Source of the DNA: an uncultured Bacilli bacterium
GTDB taxonomy: Bacteria; Bacillota_I; Bacilli_A; RF39; UBA660
Length of the DNA stretch: 64,000 bases
NCBI GenBank assembly: GCA_910586195.1
Contig: CAJUHO010000001.1
Location: 38,933 to 102,932, forward strand
Direction: 5' to 3'
The notes beneath the pieces are model-generated. The model was not told the origin of the DNA. It worked only from the letters and a program-made list of their open reading frames with translations, and ran no database searches. Position 1 is the stretch's first letter, and every line of letters starts with the position of its first letter. The position numbers were made by a program, and so were the translations under genes. This document shows, piece after piece, positions 60,079 to 64,000 of this stretch.

Positions 60079-61101
60079 ATGGAGAAGTGTTTAGTAGCTA
60101 TGAGTGGTGGTGTGGATTCATCTGTTTGTTGCTATTTATTAAAACAAGAGGGAGTAGATATTGCTGGAGCTACTATGCTACTTTTAGATAATGAAGAAAG
60201 TTATCAGGCTATAAATGATGCCAGGGAAGTATGTTCTTTTCTTGGCATTAAACACTATGTTTTTGATTTAAGAGAAGATTTTAGGAAAAGCGTAATTAAT
60301 AATTTTATCGAAACCTATAAAAATGGAGAAACTCCAAATCCCTGTGTTTATTGCAATAAAAAATTTAAATTTGGACTATTTTATCAAGAGGCCTTAAAAC
60401 TTGGATTTAATAAAATTGCTACTGGGCATTATGCACGTATTACAGAGGGAAAGTTGTATCGATGTGATAACCTAGACAAAGATCAAAGTTATTTCTTATA
60501 TGGAATTAATAAGGACACCCTAAATTATGTGATTTTTCCCCTTTCTAGATTTAGTTCAAAAGAGGAAGTGCGGGAGATAGCCCAAAATGCCAATTTAAAG
60601 GTATTTAATAAAAAAGACAGCCAAGAGGTCTGCTTTGTCCCAAATGATGATTATAAGGCTTTTTTAAAGGATAAGATAAAGGAAAATAGAGTAGGGGAGA
60701 TATGTTTAGAAGATGGTACTGTGCTTGCCTACCATAAAGGTATACATCAATACACAATAGGACAAAGAAAAGGCCTTAATATTGCCTATTCTTATCCCTT
60801 ATATGTAACAAGAATAGATTTGGCACATAATAGAGTGGTAGTAGGTAAAAACGAGGATTTAATGCATGATACTTTGATTGCAGAGGAGATAGAACTTTTA
60901 GTAGATACATTACCGAGGCATGTGCTAGCTAAGATAAGATCTCGTGGTACTTTGGAAGAAGCTACAATAGCCATTATTGATAACAAACAAATAAAAGTTG
61001 TTTTTAAAAGGGCACAACGAGCTATTACTAAAGGGCAATCTATTGTTTTTTATGAAAAAAATCAATGTTTAGGTGGGGGTATTATTAAAGATGTATTATA
61101 G
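60079..61101 (+). CDS. mnmA: tRNA 2-thiouridine(34) synthase
   Basis: PP-loop AMSGGVDSSV, NPCVYCN, ATGHYAR and DQSYFL motifs. Confidence 0.95.
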   Translation: MEKCLVAMSGGVDSSVCCYLLKQEGVDIAGATMLLLDNEESYQAINDAREVCSFLGIKHYVFDLREDFRKSVINNFIETYKNGETPNPCVYCNKKFKFGLFYQEALKLGFNKIATGHYARITEGKLYRCDNLDKDQSYFLYGINKDTLNYVIFPLSRFSSKEEVREIAQNANLKVFNKKDSQEVCFVPNDDYKAFLKDKIKENRVGEICLEDGTVLAYHKGIHQYTIGQRKGLNIAYSYPLYVTRIDLAHNRVVVGKNEDLMHDTLIAEEIELLVDTLPRHVLAKIRSRGTLEEATIAIIDNKQIKVVFKRAQRAITKGQSIVFYEKNQCLGGGIIKDVL

Positions 61102-61124
61102 TTAGTTTCTCATTTCCCCTTGAA

Positions 61125-61168
61125 AAGTGTCAATTTACACTTGACTATTTACATATTCTTGATAAAAT
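61125..61168 (+). promoter_or_regulatory. promoter with an overlapping palindromic operator
   Basis: Inverted repeat AAGTGT-N6-ACACTT at 61125-61142 overlaps -35 TTGACT (61141-61146). A 16-nt spacer follows, then an extended -10 TGATAAAAT (61160-61168). Confidence 0.5.
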
Positions 61169-61191
61169 TATATTAGGAGGGTAGATGAAAC

Positions 61192-61959
61192 ATGAAAGAA
61201 CTAAATGACATCTTAGTAGAACTAGGAATTTCGAAAGTTCGGTTAGCAAAATATTTAGGAGTATCAAGACAAATGCTTTATAATTATTTAGCACTTGATT
61301 CATTAAATGAATGGCCTAAAGAAAAATCTGTTAGATTACTAAGTTTATTAAATATTAAAGAAGAAGAAGAAATCAAGAGTTTAAATGTTAATGGTGATTA
61401 TATCATTGAAGTAGAAAGTCGCTTAAATGAAGGTGTTAAAGATTCTTCTAATCGTGAAGTTATTGCTGATTTGAAAGGATTTAATAAAAAGGAACAAGAA
61501 GTATTATCAGATATTATTAACTTATTAAAAGAAAAATTAGCGGAAGATAAAACAAAGGATACATATACTACTTATTGTTATTTATATCATTATTTGCAAT
61601 CTATGGAAACGGCAAATGAACTTAAATATATTTTAGTGTATATGTCAAAATCTTTAGGATTTACTCCTGTAGATGAATATGCCTATAATAAGGACAAACA
61701 GTTTATATTAGAAAGTATAATGTTCTCTGCCATGACCCTATATAATAATGGTGGTACATCTAGAACAAAAATTGCTGAAACACATAAACGTTTTGAACAA
61801 GATATAGAACATAAAAATGAAGAGAAATTAAGTCGTACTCAGGAATTAAATTCAGCTAAAATTCAGGCTTTAAAAGAATTAGGATATACTGAGATTAATG
61901 AAGATAATGCAAAAGAAGTTTTAGAGAAAATAGCTGAAATTCAATCAAGGAAAGTATAG
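61192..61959 (+). CDS. HTH-domain protein (unknown C-terminal domain)
   Basis: LGISKVRLAKYLGVSRQMLYNYL is an HTH at the N-terminus, with about 200 aa of unrecognised sequence after it. Confidence 0.55.
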   Translation: MKELNDILVELGISKVRLAKYLGVSRQMLYNYLALDSLNEWPKEKSVRLLSLLNIKEEEEIKSLNVNGDYIIEVESRLNEGVKDSSNREVIADLKGFNKKEQEVLSDIINLLKEKLAEDKTKDTYTTYCYLYHYLQSMETANELKYILVYMSKSLGFTPVDEYAYNKDKQFILESIMFSAMTLYNNGGTSRTKIAETHKRFEQDIEHKNEEKLSRTQELNSAKIQALKELGYTEINEDNAKEVLEKIAEIQSRKV

Positions 61960-62060
61960 TAATTAAGGGATTCATATCTATTTATTAAATTAGTAAATAT
62001 AGTGATCCTTTTTTATTTTACTTTCTTTTTTCAACTTCCTATAATATATACTAAAAGACC

Positions 62061-62276
62061 CTAATTGGAGTCTTTTTTTCTTGTGACTATTTTTCTAACT
62101 TCTTTTCCGATTTCTTCGTTTGTCATTTCTAAAGCTACTGCTATTTTTCCAAAAGTATCTATTAAGGGCATGTTTAAATTATTTTCAATTCTAAATATAG
62201 TTTTTCTATCTAAATTTGTAATATCTTCAAGCTTTTCTTGAGATATTTTTTTTCTTATTCGATATTCTTTTAACAT
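62061..62276 (-). CDS. XRE/Cro-C1-type repressor (71 aa)
   Basis: MLKEYRIRKKISQEKLEDITNLDRKTIFRIENN is the HTH. RBS AGGTGA. Divergent from the phage-like module. Confidence 0.8.
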   Translation of the reverse strand: MLKEYRIRKKISQEKLEDITNLDRKTIFRIENNLNMPLIDTFGKIAVALEMTNEEIGKEVRKIVTRKKDSN

Positions 62277-62299
62277 TTAATCACCTGTTTATAATGTAG

Positions 62300-62372
62300 C
62301 AAGTTTGCCTCAAAAAAACATTGACAAGTATGCCCCAATTATGTTACTTGTTATATGAGGCATGTTTGCCCA
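62300..62372. promoter_or_regulatory. three reiterated operator-like boxes in the divergent control region
   Basis: CAAGTTTGCCTCA (62300-62312), CAAGTATGCCCCA (62325-62337) and CATGTTTGCCCA (62361-62372). The second overlaps a TTGACA hexamer (62321-62326). The third forms TGAGGCA-TGTT-TGCCCA. Confidence 0.5.
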
Positions 62373-62441
62373 TTTTCAAATCACAAAAGAAAGGAGGTGT
62401 ATACCTACCATTTCAAAGTGATTTGAAAAAATATTTGAAAT

Positions 62442-62530
62442 GTACTAATAGCTTAACTGGATAAAGCTTGCTCACGTGTGCGCAAACGGGAAAGGTGTCG
62501 TTGATGTAGGTTCAAATCCTACTTAGTACA
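62442..62530 (+). other. tRNA-like element (degenerate tRNA or possible integration-site remnant)
   Basis: Perfect 7-bp acceptor stem (GTACTAA/TTAGTAC), a D-arm (GCTT-AACTGGATA-AAGC), and a canonical T-arm (GTAGG-TTCAAAT-CCTAC). The 38 nt between the D and T arms cannot form a 5-bp/7-nt anticodon arm. Confidence 0.45.
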
Positions 62531-62562
62531 AAAAAATTTACACGAAAGGAGAGTGTCAGAAA

Positions 62563-62730
62563 ATGGATGTAAAAGCAACATTAAAAGACGGTGTAAGTAA
62601 GTCTGGAAATGCATATAAGTATGTATCAATCATGTTAACAGATACATTAGAAAAGAAAGTATTTCTAGATAAAGCGGAAATTCAACTATTGGAATTAAAG
62701 AACAAAGAAGTAAATCCGTTTAGAAAATAA
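62563..62730 (+). CDS. hypothetical 55-aa protein (phage-like module)
   Basis: Below the ORF-track cutoff. ATG 62563 lies about 8 nt after AAAGGAGAG. Sequence MDVKATLKDGVSKSGNAYKYVSIMLTDTLEKKVFLDKAEIQLLELKNKEVNPFRK. The stop overlaps the next start (TAATG). Confidence 0.5.
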   Translation: MDVKATLKDGVSKSGNAYKYVSIMLTDTLEKKVFLDKAEIQLLELKNKEVNPFRK

Positions 62731-62945
62731 TGCGAAAAATTATAGTTTACTATAATCCTAATCGTGATTGTTACTATTTTCGTACAGTTCGTTGTTATTA
62801 TCGTAATTATGAAGTGGGCGAGAAAAATCAATATGGACATGAAGTTATATTAATTATTGATATTGATGTATTAACCTCAAGTTCTATGTCATTTAAAGAA
62901 AAGCTAATAACAAGATTTATCTTGTTTTTAGAAAGAATTAAATAA
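62730..62945 (+). CDS. hypothetical 71-aa protein (phage-like module)
   Basis: Start coupled by TAATG to the upstream ORF. No motifs. Confidence 0.5.
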   Translation: MRKIIVYYNPNRDCYYFRTVRCYYRNYEVGEKNQYGHEVILIIDIDVLTSSSMSFKEKLITRFILFLERIK

Positions 62946-62965
62946 GAAGAAAGGAGATGTACTAG

Positions 62966-63190
62966 ATGTTTCTAGCTAGATTATTTCAAGTAGGAGAAAC
63001 AACAGCAGGAAGTGTTGATTTTACTGTTTTGTTAGACGCCTTAAAAAATTCTATTACACCCGCACAAGTATTAGGGGTATTAGCCGCTGTAATCGGTGTT
63101 GGTATGGTGTTTTTCCTAATGTGGTTAGGTGTACGTAAGGCAATCACTGCTTTCACTTCATCACTTGCCAAAGGAAAATTAAGAATTTAG
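62966..63190 (+). CDS. inovirus major-coat-protein-like 74-aa protein
   Basis: RBS AAAGGAGA. Polar/acidic N-terminal part, one hydrophobic helix (VLGVLAAVIGVGMVFFLMWLGV), and a basic tail (RKAITAFTSSLAKGKLRI). A strong terminator follows immediately. Confidence 0.5.
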   Translation: MFLARLFQVGETTAGSVDFTVLLDALKNSITPAQVLGVLAAVIGVGMVFFLMWLGVRKAITAFTSSLAKGKLRI

Positions 63191-63195
63191 TATCG

Positions 63196-63218
63196 GGACT
63201 TTATAAAAGTCCTTTTTT
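63196..63218 (+). terminator. intrinsic terminator immediately after the coat-like gene
   Basis: GGACTTT-ATA-AAAGTCC followed by TTTTTT. Confidence 0.7.
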
Positions 63219-63235
63219 GATAGGAGATGATAAAA

Positions 63236-63967
63236 ATGATAAGTTATAATGCATGCCGAGAGTCAATAAACCCAAAGCGTGTATGGGATTTAATCAAGTA
63301 TAAGTTTAAATTTATGAGAGAACACCCTGACTATTTTAATCCTGACGGATTAGTAGTATTTACAGGAGCTCAAGGAACAGGGAAAACACTATCAGCCGTA
63401 AATTATGTCGAAAATTTATTAAGAGCCTATCCTAAGGCCATTTTGGTGACGAATTTAAGCCTTTCTCACTTTCCCTTTGATGGAGACCGTGTCTACTTCT
63501 TTTTGGACGGAGATGACCTTTCTAGGTACGAAAACGGGGAGTATGGTGTTATTTACTTGATAGATGAGATACAACTATATTTTAATTCTTTGCAATCTAA
63601 AAATATCAATCCTGATGTTATGGTACAAATCTCACAACAGAGGAAACAAAGAAAACATATTGTTGGAACTTCTCAAGTATTTGGTCGAATGGCTAAACCA
63701 TTACGAGAACAATTCTCAAGTGTTGTTGTTTGTAAAAAACTATTAGGCTTTATTCAATTTAATAAATTGGTTGATCGTGATTCGATAGGGGAGAATGATA
63801 ACGGAACAAGCTTAAAGGGAGAAGTAATAAAACGCTTTTTCTGGTTTCATTCTCCTAAAGATTATGGAAAATATGACACATATCATGTCATACAAAAAAA
63901 TAACTTCGTAGCAGAAGAAGAGAAGAAGGTGGGTATTTATGGCACTGAATTATCAAGTTGTCGTTAA
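63236..63967 (+). CDS. Zot/pI-like P-loop ATPase (filamentous phage assembly protein-like)
   Basis: Walker A FTGAQGTGKT, then VTNL, Walker B VIYLIDEIQ, and QRKQRKHIVGTSQ. These parallel the Zot family pattern (G.PGSGKS, vTNi, iDEaq, hRH.g.Di.l.TQ), recalled from memory. ATG 63236 lies 9 nt after AGGAG. Confidence 0.55.
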   Translation: MISYNACRESINPKRVWDLIKYKFKFMREHPDYFNPDGLVVFTGAQGTGKTLSAVNYVENLLRAYPKAILVTNLSLSHFPFDGDRVYFFLDGDDLSRYENGEYGVIYLIDEIQLYFNSLQSKNINPDVMVQISQQRKQRKHIVGTSQVFGRMAKPLREQFSSVVVCKKLLGFIQFNKLVDRDSIGENDNGTSLKGEVIKRFFWFHSPKDYGKYDTYHVIQKNNFVAEEEKKVGIYGTELSSCR

Positions 63968-64000
63968 TCTAGTATGCAACGTTATGATGATTGCATTTCC

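Larger units (their letters stand above)
62277..64000 (+). mobile_element. putative inovirus-like (filamentous) prophage or satellite, partial (continues past the window end)
   Basis: Repressor and operators, tRNA-like element, tightly coupled tiny ORFs, coat-like ORF plus terminator, and a Zot-like ATPase. Another ORF appears to start at about 63972. The left boundary is not defined and could lie as far left as 61102. Confidence 0.45.

Noticed and set aside
62441-62530. Functional class II tRNA (Leu/Ser) or 8/5 selenocysteine tRNA
   Set aside because: The length and an 8-bp acceptor option looked suggestive. However, no register gives a 5-6 bp anticodon stem with a 7-nt loop, no U33-type loop is present, and the TCA triplet cannot be placed as an anticodon. 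It is kept only as a tRNA-like element.

Overview
AT-rich chromosomal segment from an endospore-forming Bacillota. Gene order resembles Bacilli/Erysipelotrichia: rpsT-gpr-spoIIP-yqxA, ylbD-ylbE-ylbF-rsmD, hrcA-grpE-dnaK-dnaJ, nusB-xseA-xseB ... spoIVB, plus sspI and spoIIM. Most of the window is + strand housekeeping: rimM-trmD, yebC, ileS, parE-parC, the heat-shock operon with a clear CIRCE operator, rnhC/cvpA/trxA, alaS-holA and mnmA. Two T-box leaders are readable. An Ile (AUC) T-box precedes a CaCA antiporter and then ileS. A probable Ala (GCU) T-box precedes two small nucleotide-kinase-like genes and then alaS. Accessory or unusual parts are: (i) 14.2-18.7 kb, an orphan HExxH protein, a HEAT-repeat membrane protein and a polytopic GT2 synthase; (ii) 36.4-39.9 kb, a decayed island between dnaJ and rnhC with HTH regulators, split ORFs, gene remnants and a repeated 76-77 nt terminator module; (iii) 44.3-45.5 kb, a split HD/HAD-nucleotidase gene; (iv) 62.3-64.0 kb, running off the window edge, a compact module that looks like a filamentous (inovirus-like) prophage. 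That module has an XRE repressor, reiterated operators, a tRNA-like element, tiny overlapping ORFs, a coat-protein-like 74-aa ORF followed by a strong terminator, and a Zot/pI-like P-loop ATPase. I found no rRNA, no canonical tRNA, no CRISPR array, and no transposase or integrase. All family names come from motif reading and memory, not from database searches. Start codons were adjusted where an RBS clearly favours an internal start.
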